64,000 nucleotides of DNA from Camelus dromedarius (lineage: Eukaryota): assembly GCF_036321535.1 (NCBI RefSeq), contig NC_087438.1, positions 10,046,001-10,110,000 on the forward strand, read 5' to 3'. The translations under genes and the position numbers were made by a program. The first letter of the stretch is position 1, and the number at the start of each line of letters is the position of its first letter. Of the stretch, positions 50,651-63,800 are shown piece by piece. Below the pieces are notes generated by a model. It was not told the origin of the DNA, made no database searches, and saw only the letters and a program-made list of their open reading frames with translations.

Positions 50651-52194
50651 TGCCCTTTCCCTCCCTGATGGCGAGAGAGAGCAGAAATGATCCTCATTCT
50701 GTATAGCATCCCACAAGGTCCTGTGTTATAATTCTCAGATCTTTAAAACAAAATATGTATATCCTTGTGTGCTGAAGAGGGAAGCTGTAATTTACAAGTC
50801 TCACACCAAACAAAAGTGGAATGAAAGATTCCAGGATAGAGCAAGCTTTTTTTTCCACGTTGGTCTGAGCCCTGTAATTTAGCTTCTATGCCTTTTCTTT
50901 TCTCACCTAATTAAAACTGGTGTTCCTTTTTACATCAGTAACCCTAGTAACCCCAGCTTCCCCACCGAGGTGTGTGGAGGCTTCCTGGCTCCCACCGGTT
51001 TCTGTCTTGGGAGGACTCCCGTGGCCGCGCTGGTCCTCTGTTTCCCAGGCTGTGCTGACTTGGACTGCAGTGCTGGGGAGGAAGTCTCTGGCTGTCAAGG
51101 TTGGCTGAGGGAAGTTCGGGAAGGGTGGGGAGAGGCTGGCCGGGGAGGGAAGTTTTTCAGCCAGTTGCTCTGTGACACATTATAAAGGTTATTGGGGCTT
51201 CCTTTGTAACGAAGGAAGGGCACATGGGTGGGGGAGTGGGGAGGGGCCGGAGGCTGCTAAGCTGCTTTTGGGGGGCCAGTTTTGTAAGGTGGGTGTGGTA
51301 ACTCCTGGGATCTCTATATTTAGCGTTTTTGCTGCAGCCACTCATTTCTTTGCTGTTATTCATGGAAATGTGCACAGAGAGGATGACTGTGGTTAATTTC
51401 CCACACTCTTTCAGTGAGGTAACTCTTGGGTACGTGTTCTAGGTTTTCCTATTTGTGGGGTGCATTTTCATCCCCCCTCACATGTGGAGCCTGATTTTAT
51501 GGGATGCTAGCTCAGGTTTAGCCCACGTGCAACTCCCAGCATCATGTCCATACTGTGAGCACGTTCTGTGTTTGTGTCTCGGAGCAACTCCTCATCTACC
51601 GTGGACTTTTAATATTTCAGCCAGAGGATGGCTGAAATGCTGGCACTTGAGTGTAGACATTATATAATCCGAAGGGAATTGTACTCTTAAAATCTACTTT
51701 TCACTTCCTCCTGGTTTTCTCAAGGAGTTTCTAAACATTTCAAGTTTTTTTGTTTTTGTTTAATCCTTGCTTTTTAAAAATTTGTGGAATTAAAAAAGTA
51801 TGGTTGGCCTGCTGCTTTGGGGGAGATACGTGCTTTTGACATGCTGTTTTAGTTTATCTTTGATTTTAAACCAACAGAGAAGGTACAAGGCTCAAATCTA
51901 TATCAGCTTAGTCGAATTGAGATTTCACTGTACTTTTTTTTTTGGCTGTTTAGTTGGTTCACGTCTTCATTGTTGATTACATTTAACGTTTGTTCAGGTT
52001 TTTTGAGGGGGATGGGCAGGTAGCTTTGTTTTGAGAAGCCAGAACTCATGTTCAGAGAAGAACTCAGCTTCCAGAATTGTTGCTATTTCACCACAGGTGA
52101 ATCCGCTCCCTGCCTCCCCTCCTCCCCTTTCTGGACACACACACACACACAGAAACACATGTGTTTATATATATATTTTATATATATACTAAAT

Positions 52195-53800
52195 TTACAT
52201 GTTATTTTGTTTCTGAACTATTTGAGAGTAAGTTACAGAAGAGAGATGCCCTTAACCTCGAAAAGGTGGTTAAATAGAATTTTCTAAGAGCAAGGACATT
52301 GTCTTACATAATGACCCAAATCAGGACATTAATTTTGATATAATATTATTATCTGAATCTACTGATTTTAATAACATTTCACCAGTTGTTCCAGAAACAT
52401 CCTTTTTGGGGATTAAAAAAATATTGGCAGTCTAGCATTTTATCTGGGACCACATATTACATACAGTTGTCATGTCTCTTTGGTTTTCTTTAATTTGGAA
52501 CATTTCCCTACTTTGTCTCTCTCTGACCTTGATATTTTTGAAGATCCTAGCCCGTTCTTTGGAAGACTATCCCTCAGTTTGTGTTTTATGATTCCGTCCC
52601 ACCAGGTTCAGGTCGCGCCTTTGTGGCAGAAGGCTGCGTCCTGCCCAGAGCGCCCCGTCAGGGACACAGCTGTCAACGGCCCACTGGGACGTTCATTCCG
52701 TCATTTGGTTCAGGTGGTGACTACTAGGTTTCCCCACTGTGTTTTTCCCTTGTGATGAGCGTTTTGTGGGGAGGTAATTGGAGACTACGTAAAATCCTGC
52801 TCCTTTCCCAACTTTCCCTTGCTGGTTGTAGTCTCGGTGATGACTTTTGCCTGAATGTTACTAGGTTACTATGATGTAAAATGGTGCTTTTTCTTTTTTT
52901 TTAATTTAAAAAATTTTAAATTTATTATTATTATTTTTGTTTGTTTTGGGGGAGGTTATTAGGTATTTATTTTGATGGAGGTGCTGGAGATTGAACCCAG
53001 GGCCTTGTGCATGCTAGGTGTGCGTGCTCTACCACTCAGCTGTATCCTCGCCGTAAAATGGTGATATTTCTAACTTCATTATTCCTTCGTATTTTGTTGG
53101 CTTTCTGCTATAAGGAGGAGCCTTTCCTTCTGCCCCACTTATTTTTCCAAGTGTGGCCTCATGGATTCTGTTTTACTCAGTGGATTATAGTCCTTTGCTG
53201 TCATTATTTAGTTTGATGCTCAGCTTTTCCAAGATCTGATCAGTGATGTCCTTTCAGGCTGGCCCCTTTATTTTTTGTGACCTGTGCCCTTTATTTTTTG
53301 AGCGCTCTCTTGTTTTCTGACACAATAAGATGTTCCAGGTTTATGTTGTCCTTTCCTGACTCCAGCCCTGAAATCAGCCATTTCTCTAAGGAGCCTGGTT
53401 CATTTTAGCAGAAAGCTGTGGTAAGAAACTCAGTCTGGGCACTCAGTGTGCTTATTGCTTCTGGGCTGTCGTTACTTTTAGCACCTCTCAGTGCGCAGAG
53501 CTAGGAAGCAGGGAGTGTGTGTATATGTACACACACATATATGCACACATACACACATCACGTACGTAGGTGTCCCAATCTCTTTGTGCACATATCAACC
53601 TATAATAAAAACTGCAAGTTTATACTCATCCCTTCAGTTCTGGTGCAGTATTACAGACAGTGTTTAAGTCTTCCCTTCCCCAAATTTGTAATTCCCTTCT
53701 CTGACAGCGAGGGCTCCTTTTATCCTCAGTGTCTTTACTGATTTACTCAGTCCTAGAAAATGCAGAAAGTAGTTTCAAAATGCTTAGCCATACCACTGTG
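52195..53800 (-). mobile_element. L1MC4/5-like 3' region, interrupted by a SINE
   Basis: ctgaactatttgagagtaagttacaga...ctaagagcaaggacatt...aagatgttccaggtt...ccagccctgaaatcagccatttctctaaggagcc. Confidence 0.8.
52887..53052 (-). mobile_element. tRNA-derived camelid SINE (Vic-1-like)
   Basis: atggaggtgctggagattgaacccagggcc...gctctaccactcagctgtatcc; TSD GTAAAATGGTG (52876-52886 and 53053-53063). Confidence 0.88.
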
Positions 53801-54762
53801 ACAAATGAACCTACATCTTCAAGTTGAAACTGTTCAAATTGGCAGTTAGCGGTCAGCTTCTGTTCAGCTCCATGCCTTGTCACTTAGTCACCCAAAGAAA
53901 ACAGATGAAGTCATGCGCTGGAACTCCCCTGAGGCATGTTTAAGAAAAGAGCTGCCAGACTCCATCAGCAGCTCACTTTCTGGGGATGTGGAAGCACAAA
54001 AGTGAAAAATAAGGAGTTGCCAAAAAAGAAAAGGAGATTAATTTCTAATAAGTATGGCTTATAAAGATGACACCTGTCGTGGAAAAAACAGTTTATCCTC
54101 TTCATCTCCTTGTACTAATTGCCAGAAGAGAGGAGAAGGAAAGCGCTGAGATGGTAAGAATGAATAATGCGGCGTGCGGGATGGGGGGGAACGGGCACGT
54201 GTCAGGATGAGGGTGGGGCGGGTCTTTTTGCAGGATCCTTAACATGTTCCGAGGAGGGAACAGAGCAGAGTTCGTATGTTAGAATGAGTTATGAGTCACG
54301 ATTTGAGAGACTTGCCTGGTGCCCTTCATTGACTGAATGTTTCTTCCCAGTGAATTTAATGCAGCTCTTTGGGTTCTGCTTCAGTGGGGATTTCTGGGAA
54401 GTGTGTGTGTGCACTCAGTTCTAGCAACCATGGACCACTGGGTGCAGATCTTTTGTTACAGGCAAAGTGAGTACTTGCTGTTCAGTGTTTTGCTCCATTA
54501 AATGATGACATCGAACATGGGCCCTTGATTTTAGGGAGGCAGTCTTAGTTTCATACACTGTGTTCTCTATTTTCTGTGACTGTCCTCGTGCTTGTTAGAT
54601 TGTGTTCTGGAAAATTCATCCCCTGTAATTCTATAAGCCCTTCTTACTACTAGACATTTTAGCAAGAAAGAAGAATCATGATTTGCTTATTTAGTATTTT
54701 AAGCCTTTTGATTTAGAAAGAGAGTAGAAGGTCATGACTGCTAATGGATCAAACATTCTGGG

Positions 54763-54906
54763 GAAAGGTTTTTGGGTGCTGAAGATGTTCTGGGATTAGC
54801 TAGTGGTCATAGTTGTACAACATTGTGAATATAGTAAAACCAACTGAATTGTACAGTTTAAAAGGGTGAATTTTATAGTGTGTGAGTTATATATCAATAA
54901 AAAAAA
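54763..54906 (+). mobile_element. L1MB-like 3' terminal fragment
   Basis: gggtgctgaagatgttctgg...acaacattgtgaat...gggtgaattttatagtgtgtgagttatatatcaataaaaaa. Confidence 0.8.
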
Positions 54907-54984
54907 GTTATGGCTGAATTGGCAATATTTCAGATTCTTAACCAGCTTCATTTATCAAGTGGTTACAACCACCGGCTATTTAAT

Positions 54985-55075
54985 TTTCACAGCCCCCTGC
55001 AAGGTAGGCAGTGACACCCAATTTTATACCTGAGGGAGGAGGCTCAGAGAGGTTTTTACTTCCTGCAGGTTAATA
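54985..55075 (-). mobile_element. MIR remnant
   Basis: cacagccccctgcaaggtagg...attttatacctgagggaggaggctcagagaggtt. Confidence 0.65.
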
Positions 55076-57035
55076 GCTATTAAGGGTGGATAGGAGGGTG
55101 CCGAGTGCACAGGGGTGGTCTCCCAAAGGTGGGTGTCGTGGGTGGAAAGGAGAGTCTGCCTGCTGAGGCTTCGTCCTGCGGTGCCATGCACATCACCCTG
55201 AGGTCTGTGACACCATTCGGGGAGCTGTCTACATCTCTTGTTTTAGTGTCAGGGAGAGGAAAAAAAGAAATCACTCCTTTTTGAAGGAGAGCATTGTGGA
55301 TAAGATCTGACTGGGCTTCAGCTGTGATTTGATGGTGTATTTGGTAATTTCTTAGAAAACGTTGGATTAACTATTCCCTGAATTGAAAATTTCAGAGAGT
55401 CTCAGTCAAAAAGTAAAGGACAGACTTTGCTTCCCAACAGGTGGTGTATTTGGGGTCAGTGTGTATTTTACACTGATATATTTTGGGACAGCACACCTGA
55501 AATGGTGCGAGCTGATGACACTTAGTCTCCCTGTTAGAGTTCCAGGGAAGCCGAAGGGAGAGGCAGCTTTGTGCTGTGCTCCTACTGAATATGGTCTGAG
55601 CGTTAAAAATTGCAGCCAGGGTTCTCCTGCTAGTGTCAGTTCTGTGTTCGCGAACATTGGAGTCAGCTCTGCTCACTCGCGTATGGGATCAGGAGTACTG
55701 GTTAGATTCCAAGGCAGAATCTGCATTAATTTGCATAAAATCGCATATGCTCTGTTGCAAGAATTTTCATTGTGCCCATTTTAGAATTGAGTTGACACTT
55801 CATACAGAGTATTTTAGCTTCACTTAGAAGGAGACATCTCAGAAAGAAGAAGAATTTGTGTGGCTTTGAAGTTGCTTTTGGGCATGGTCCCTGAAAGAAA
55901 GGAACCACTGAAGACTTTCGTTCTTTTTAGCACTTTGAAATCTTTTCTCCTGATTAGACGTATTAGAAACACGTAAGGCAGGTTGGGGCTTTGTCTGCTG
56001 TGTGGCCTGCTGGCAAAGGGACCAGAGGTCTGGTGGAACAGGAGCTTTCCTGCTGGGTGATGACCTTTTTTATGATGTTTGGTCTGTCATCTTTGTTTCT
56101 CAGTTTCAGATGCCTAGCTCAGAATTACTTAGCACTTGAAGTGGTTTTCATCTTCAAAGGACTTTATGGGCATTATTTAATGTATGTGGCACGGTGTAGT
56201 GAATGAGCTGTTTATCCTTTGAACAGTGTCAGTGTGCTAGGTCCCATACAGCTGGAGAAGACAAAAATAATATTCTGGCCAGTGGGAGTTTATATTCTAA
56301 AGAGGCAAGATGATTAGGCAGGTTCTCTCTTCTGGCCTCTTTTAAAAATGTGCTGGGGAATAACGGAGAAATTAAAATTAAAAGAGATCAACAAGCTCGT
56401 GTCCACCTAATTGGAATTGCTCTCAAGGTGAAAATGAAATTTGAGATGCTCTTAAGAGGACCTAGTCTATTAGCTCTCATTTATCACACATTTATTGATA
56501 GACATAGTGTTTGTCCTGTGTCACAGATGAGAGTTTTGGTAAAGCTAGGGCAGAGACATTTTCAGTTCTTTTTCTGCCACCCCCAAATCCTCTTTTTCTT
56601 TGCCTGGTGTAGGAACGTCCTTTGTAACCAAGGCCACGTGTGAGTCACAAATGCAGTTTTCTGAGTTTCAGACCTAGTCAGTCCATCCGCCTTATCTGGG
56701 CCGGCCTCAAGGGAAGCTTCTGGACCTCTTGTGCCTTCAGCCTCTCAAGCCCCCACTGCACAGCCCACACCATGTCCGTGCTCTATCCTGTTTCTGTCTT
56801 TGGTGTTCCCTCCTCTTCTTGGTTTTCCTAACTCAGCTGCAGCATCCCTTCCCTTGGGAAACTGCACCGTCTGTCTTACCCGGGTCTCACCGGCGTCAGT
56901 GTCGGCACAGTACCTTGTCAAGACCGCATTCTGGTCCTTTGGGTTGTGATCGTTTCGGTGAGTGTGAGCTGCTGGGTCTCCCCCGGGGGCAGCTCCAAGG
57001 GAGGCGCAGTGAACGCTCATTGTGATTTACGCTCT

Positions 57036-57199
57036 TGGTTCCTTAACCCAGACTAGGACAGAGACACCTAAAAAGTTTTTTAAAATTACAGAATCTCTAG
57101 CAATTTGCATTTAGTAGTTCTAGAGTGGGGCCCTGGAATCTGTATTTTGAAAAAACCCTACTGGTGATTCAGATGCACAGGTCAGGATAGGAACCACTG
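57036..57199. mobile_element. MER5-like hAT-Charlie DNA transposon remnant
   Basis: gtggggccctggaatctgtatttt...ggtgattcagatgcacagg...gaaccactg. Confidence 0.7.
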
Positions 57200-58290
57200 A
57201 GCTGTGCCAGGGTGCGCATGTTGGTTTTGGGTTATACAGCCATGGCCAGTGTTGTGTAAGGTATGATGTGCAGTGTGAGGACCAGGTCACTTACACGTCC
57301 GAAGGGGTTGGAGAAAGTGAATGCAGTCCACTTACGATGGGACATCCTTCCTGAGGGAGAAGACCCTGGCTCCTTGAGGAGCTCACCGACCAGTCTGGCT
57401 CTGTGCTGTGTGAACAGACTGAATGCATGATGGACCCTCCAGACTCGCTCTTGAAGTCACTGTGTTGCCATAGAGATGTTATGTAGTGTTGAAGGAGATT
57501 AGAGAAATCACATCGTAAATTATCAGCACAGATGGCTTGTAATTTAACACTCTCCTAGCCCATATTCTTTGTACTGATACTTGAGAACATTTAAAAATAT
57601 CAGTGCTTGCTTTGTTTTTCACCTGTAAAAATGGCAGAGTTCACACCATGATTTAAAATGGGGATTATATATGCACATAAAATAAACAGTGGCAGTGATG
57701 GTAGGTGGGGAGAATATTTAAAGCATTTGGGGAGTGGCCGCTTCACCTCAGCTTTGAGAACTCACATAGAATTTGCTTCTTTTTTTTGGTCCACTTAGAG
57801 ATTTCATACTCTCCCATATTATTTTGATAGCAGTAGTCAGGCATAATTTTTATCTTCTGGCTTAATAGTAAAAGGAGTATTACAAGATTAGATTCAGTGT
57901 AGATTCAGGCAGCATACTCACTTTCAAGGTGTTTTGTATGTCATCAACCACGTGAAGGATATTTTCCATAAGAGGACCTCTAAAACTTTTTATCTTTCCC
58001 TGTTCTAGTCTGTGGATTGATGTGCAGCTCTTAAAGATTGCATCTCTCAGAAGGACAGTAGTTCTTTGACTCTTTTAGGGAACTGCAGCTTGACTGGAGT
58101 TCTGAAGCATGTGCACGTGTATGCGTACACAGACACACTGACAATTTACATTGTGCAAATAAGCAGAGTGGATATATATCAAAACCACTTCAGATTAGGA
58201 AATGACAATCTTATTATGTAATTTAAAAATTCAGTAAAGCTTAGTTTGTTTTTTAGGTGCTTGTATTTACACATTAGCACATAATTTTTA

Positions 58291-58407
58291 TTTAATTATT
58301 TATTTTATTAATTTAAGCTTTATTTATAAAATTTGTATTTTATTTATTTATATTAAAATTCTATTTAATTATGTATGGAGGTACTGAGCTATGCCCATCC
58401 CCCAAGA
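58291..58407 (-). mobile_element. Internally deleted Vic-1-like SINE
   Basis: AT-rich tail plus atggaggtactgagctatgcccatccccc; TSD ACATAATTTTTA (58279-58290 and 58408-58419). Confidence 0.75.
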
Positions 58408-60739
58408 ACATAATTTTTAGATTAAAAAAAAGTTCTCACATTCTTAAAGTATTCAGGAGTCTTAACAGGCTATCCCTACATACATTTTCATGAGGTTCAT
58501 TTCTTATGTGCCATATGTTAACAGTTATTTCTGAACCCCCCCTCCCCCCCAAAACAAGGAAGTTTTCCAGTCTCCAGACAGTTCCTGACTTGCTTATATG
58601 TGAATATGTATTTTAAGCTGAGTCCAGACATTAACAGTGCAGGGCACTCCTCTTTCAACCCTCTTCTCTGCCTGTGTAAGTATCCTTTGTGAGCCTGTGC
58701 TGCTGGTACTGATGGTGGTTTCTGATGCCACTCAGAGGTGGAACAGGTAGGTCGGTTGCAAACCCCAGTTCTGTTGAGTGTAGTAACTCCTCCTTCAGGA
58801 TGAATCATGCAGATGACTTAAGTCTTCTGACACTTCTGTGTCAGTGCTAGTAAATTTAAAAAAAAAAAAAGCTTGATAATTGTATCAAAAAGCATCTGAA
58901 AAATAATCTTATCATAGGCCTCAGAGCCATTACAGGAGCAAGGCGGGAAATGTGGGATTAAGCCCTAATTTCTTTGATAAGCGTGGCTCACTACTCGGCA
59001 AGGTTGGCTCAGCCTCCTGGGAGCTGCCCTGTGGCAGTCTGCTGGCACTGGCTTGAATGAATCGGGATGAAATTGCCCAATTATTGAAATGGATGACTTG
59101 AGGGGAGGTTATTTGGCTCGTAAAACCACCTGTCACAGAAATTAGGCAAAACTAGTGGTAGAATCTGCCCAGGATCCGATTTGCATCCAGGGCAGAAAGG
59201 CTCCTGCTGCCTACGCCCAGGACCCGTCTTCCTGAGGTTGCTTCAGGAAGACTGTGGACAGTGACCTCCCAGCCAGTGGGATTTGGAGAATCACTGGGTG
59301 TCTTTCCATGAGCTTACCCCTCTTTTGTAGGGAAGGCTAATCTTTTCTCTTTGGAAGAATTGGAAAGAATCCTGTATCGTTCCTTTCAGCGAGCCCATCG
59401 GCGTTGATGTGCTTGTCTTTTTCCTCTAATAAGCCTCTCAGCTCATTCCCTTGATTGTTGGTTACCTTGGCAGGAGTGTCCTCATTGCAGTGTCTGTGTG
59501 TTCAACTCAGATTCAGCCGTTTACACATAGTGCCCTGAAGTGTCGCTGTTATTTTGCCTGTTGAGTTACTTGTTAGACACACTAAGGGCGCGGGCACCCC
59601 CGAGGACCACGGGCAGCAGAACAGGTGGGCCCTTCCCAGTCGGCCCTGGATGTGCAGTGGCCATGGAGCTCGCCGTCTCTCAGTGAAGGAAGGACGCTCT
59701 CTAGGAGAACAAATGAATGCAAGAAACCCTTACCCCCCACCCCTACCCCCTTAAACTTCCCAGAAGCTGTATTTTATTTCATTCTCCCTGTTGACCATCC
59801 GTCTTCCGAGGCTCTGTGTCTCGGCATGCCCTTCAGAGGGACTTTCCTCTCTTTAGCAGAGTGATTCACCCCGAGGTCATCCTCACGGCCTAGCCTTCCT
59901 TCCCCAAACAGAGCCCCATCTGCCCAGAAGTAAGGTTTTCAAAAAGGCCCCTGAACTCTATAAATAGCTGTCACCAGGGCCCTCACTCTGAGCTGTGCGC
60001 GCCCTCACCGCTGTGTCATTCTGAACCCTGCGTCTCTGGGCTTTCTAGCTCCCAGAGGACGTTAAGTCAGCCAAGAGGGGATGGATGGTGGCCCCCAGGG
60101 GCACGTGCACTGATTCCAGACCTGTTGAAGTGACGACTGCCTTTCTTCATTGAAGGGACTCTACCTTTCCTTTTTAATCCCTCTTTTTCTCATTTCTTCC
60201 CTTTCCCTGCATTTCTGTCTTGTCTCTTCTCTGACCACTTGAGAATGACAGTGTTGCACATGGCCGCTGCTGGACTTGGCTGGAGGTAGTCCAGAGTTTT
60301 ATTTCTGGACAGGAATTTAGGGAGAGATTCCTGGGGAGAGTCTAGATGATGCACTGGTACCGAAGTACAGTCTTAAACCCTTGGAGCATCCCCTCTCTGT
60401 CCCCAGGCCCCTCGCGCTGAGTCGTCTTCTGCGTGTCCCCTTCTGTCTACTGTGCCTCTTCACTTCGCAGGGCCCAGGACTCTGAATCTCTTTCTTCTCG
60501 ACCCCTCTTTAACCAGTTTTATCTAATATAAAATTTGCATTTTATGATGATTTTAATAAACTTAGTTTAGCAAGCAGACCCAATAGCTCTCATTTTGGGG
60601 GTAATTTAATTCCTTCCCCTAAACTATGGTGTTATTATTCATTGTAATTCAGTTTGACTCACAGTCACCCTGGCATCATGTAATTTCTTCCTGATATTTT
60701 ATTTTCTAAGCTGTAATTTACATCGAGGCAAAATCTTAT

Positions 60740-60810
60740 TCATGTTTGCATCCCCAGCGCCCAGCACACAGTCGGTGCTAACTAGATGTCAGCTGGGTGA
60801 ATGAACAAGT
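60740..60810 (+). mobile_element. L2 3' end remnant
   Basis: gcatccccagcgcccagcacacagtcggtgct...tgaatgaac. Confidence 0.6.
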
Positions 60811-63800
60811 GCACGCACATCCCCATGTCCAAGGGCGGGAGGCTGCCGGGAATTGGTGACTGTTAAGTCGGCAGAGGTGGGCTAGAGGCCCAGACACTTC
60901 TATGGTGTAAGGTCGTCTCCCGCAGAGAGCATCCTCCCTTTTCCTTGTTTGGCTGTGTGCATGTTGCTGCTGTTGATCTCCGTACTGTTGTTTGCTGTTA
61001 CTCATTAGTTGCTTCTCAAGACTCACAGCTCTCGCACTTGGATTGTGCCTCCAGTGAAATCCCCGTCCCTGGACGGGCCGGGCTCACTGCAGGCCCTCAT
61101 CAGTGCTTGCTGGCTGATTACTGGGTTTGATCAGTCACAGAGGAGGCTGAAGCAGCATCTTTCCTCAAGGTTTTCCTTTGAGATTTAAGGTCTGGTTTGT
61201 TGCCTCTGACTGTTTTTTTTTTTTTCACTGAGTTGATTTCCCGATGAGCAGACTGTGCAAAGGTCACGCCGGGGAAAGACAGCGCGCTGGTGAGATTGTC
61301 TGAGCTCTTGGGAATGTCTTCACAGGAGAGCTTTCCATGAGCCTGTCAAGAATGTTTCAGGTTCTTCTTGGTCTTCCCTTTCCCATACTTCGCTTCCATT
61401 TCTGGGACTTACCCTCCCATCTTTTTTAAGGCTGGAGTTAACATGAATCTGAAAACAGGCCACAGGGCCTTTTAAAATTATACACATCAATATGAGGCCA
61501 ACCCAGATTTTCATAACTAGGTCAAGATGTTTCTACAGAGTCGGGTTTCAAAAGCACTCTATTCTTTAAAGAAAAAGGTGTCTTAAGGAAAGATGACCAG
61601 TGTTCAAAGCTTAGCTTTTGGCAGGGCCCAAGGATCCTAGCTGCTGGAAGATGCTGATTTCTGGGGCCTGCCTTGGATGGGGAGCCCGCTGTAGGCCAGG
61701 TGTGGGGTGAGGCCGGGGCTGGGTGTGAAAGAGGAAGGCCAGCCGCAGACCTGTAAGGAGCTCTTGGTCCCGGAGAAGCAGTTTGGTTCCGACTGTGGGC
61801 CTGGAGGAGCCCGTGGCAGCATTCTACCCACAGAGGGTGGCGGAGACAGTTTTTTTTTTTCAGTCACGCAAATTCTCTTTCTGTACCTAACTACTGAACA
61901 GTCATTTCTTACTTACAGAGAGTGACTTAAATCTCTCTCCAAAGTTCCTTTTCTTGATGATTGTGCTTTTTTGTCTCTATATCAGAATCAACTGATCCTA
62001 GTGTGATATTGGGAGGGTATTCAAACCGTAGCAAATCAGGAAGGGAAGAAACTGCGGTGGGATTTGCGAGGTGGTTCCTCACAGTTATCAGAGAATAGAT
62101 ACCCTTGAAGAATGGTGATAATTTCAGGCAAGATCCTTGGAAAAGTTTCTAGGATAACTCCGTGTTATGTTTGTAAAATTGAAAAGTCTGAGTAGCTCTG
62201 AAAGCTGGCTGTGTTCGCAGGTGTCAGCATCCACAGCACCACACCCAAGCACATCATCCTGAAGTCAGTGAAATGCTTTATCGCCGATTTCATGGACCTT
62301 ACCATCCCTGAAGAGTGCATGCGCATGTGTTGAATCCACCAGCCAGTTTTCTGTGCTATTAACAGCCTCATGCAAGAGATGCCTTTTAAGTTTACCTTGA
62401 AGTCCCCAAATGGGGATGTCCCACATAGGTGAACTGAGGAGAGACTCTCCACAAAGACTTGTACTTGATTTTCAAGAGGGTTGATTTCTAATCTGTTGTT
62501 TCCCCGTGGTAGAATGACTTGCTTTTGTTGTCTAGCGCTGGAAAGTGCTTGTGTGTGCGTATCTGCTCCTGCTCCTGATTCGGAATGTGGCCCGTTAAGC
62601 TAGGCTTTAGTTTGTTGGATTTATTTGGCCTGTTTGACCTGTTGGTGGGTGCCAGGGCTTAAGAGTTCATGCTAAAATTTGCAGTAGAAGTTTAAATTCA
62701 TGTTCCTGTACTTACATCTTTTTCATTTTAATTAGTGCTCTATGTTTCAGCCTGATTTTTGGAATAACCTATGTTGAAATGCAAATTTATTGTTGGAAAT
62801 GTCACCCAGAAACCCAGGTCTGTCTGGTGGCACTCTCCTGGGGCAGGCCATGCCTTTTGCCCCCAAGGTGGGAAGAGAGCCTTGAAGCCAGGAGGCCTTT
62901 ACCAATTTCCCCCCTGGATCTGATAGCCAGTGCTCACAGCCACTAGGTGACCTCTGCAGCTGGGGTGTTAGGGCCACTATTACAGGTTTATATTTTTGAC
63001 TCCTATGGTTGAATTTTTCCTTTTTAATTAGGTTATTTGAGGTGAGTGCATGGATTAAGTTCCTTGTTCTTTGTGTAAGACAGAATTAAAGGGAAATTAA
63101 AGACACCTGAGTCTGCTTTTTTCATCACCTCTGTTATGTTCACACTGGGTATTAAGGCCGCCTTATTCCATTCTTCTTTCTTTTGCAAATGGAAAGGTCC
63201 TCATTTTGTTTTTACATCATGTTCTTCCTCACGAGGTTTTGACAGTACAAGAGTTGTGTTTTTAAGAAGGTGTTCCCACGCTGCCATTTCCTTTTCTTTT
63301 GCAGGATGGTGTCATTTCTGTTGATCACTAATTGGTATGTCTGAATCTCTCTCCTTTGATTCCAGTTATTATTTATAGTGACTTTAAAATGACAGATTTT
63401 GTTTCAAAGGTGAAAAATTTGAATTACTGCTGTAACTTTACCACTGAGTCCCAGGAAATAGCTTGCCCTCTTTCATAAATAGGCTTCTCTTGTGGATAAT
63501 GATATATCAAGTCTATGATGATCTTTGTTTTGTTCAACTGGAGTTCTTGAGTTATCGTCATAAAATGCATGTCAGGGAAATGCTGTGTAACTTGTTTGCG
63601 TTTATTTTGTGCAGTGGTGGTAATAAAATTGTTTTCTAAACTTAATTATGGTTTCTCATATTGGATTCGTAGTGATGAGTTCCTAAAAAAAGAATTACCC
63701 ACTAGTAGATTGATACTTCCTTTTGGGAAATGAAAAGTGATAAGTACTTAATGGCGTTTTAGGATTAGCTTGAAAATATCTGTAAGTTGATAGTACTTGG

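Noticed and set aside
62221..62333. Possible cryptic exon after ttcgcag, in phase with TRIO exon 1 (GVSIHSTTPKHIILK...MC-stop)
   Set aside because: Poor polypyrimidine tract, in-frame stop, no similarity to TRIO exon 2 and no convincing donor.
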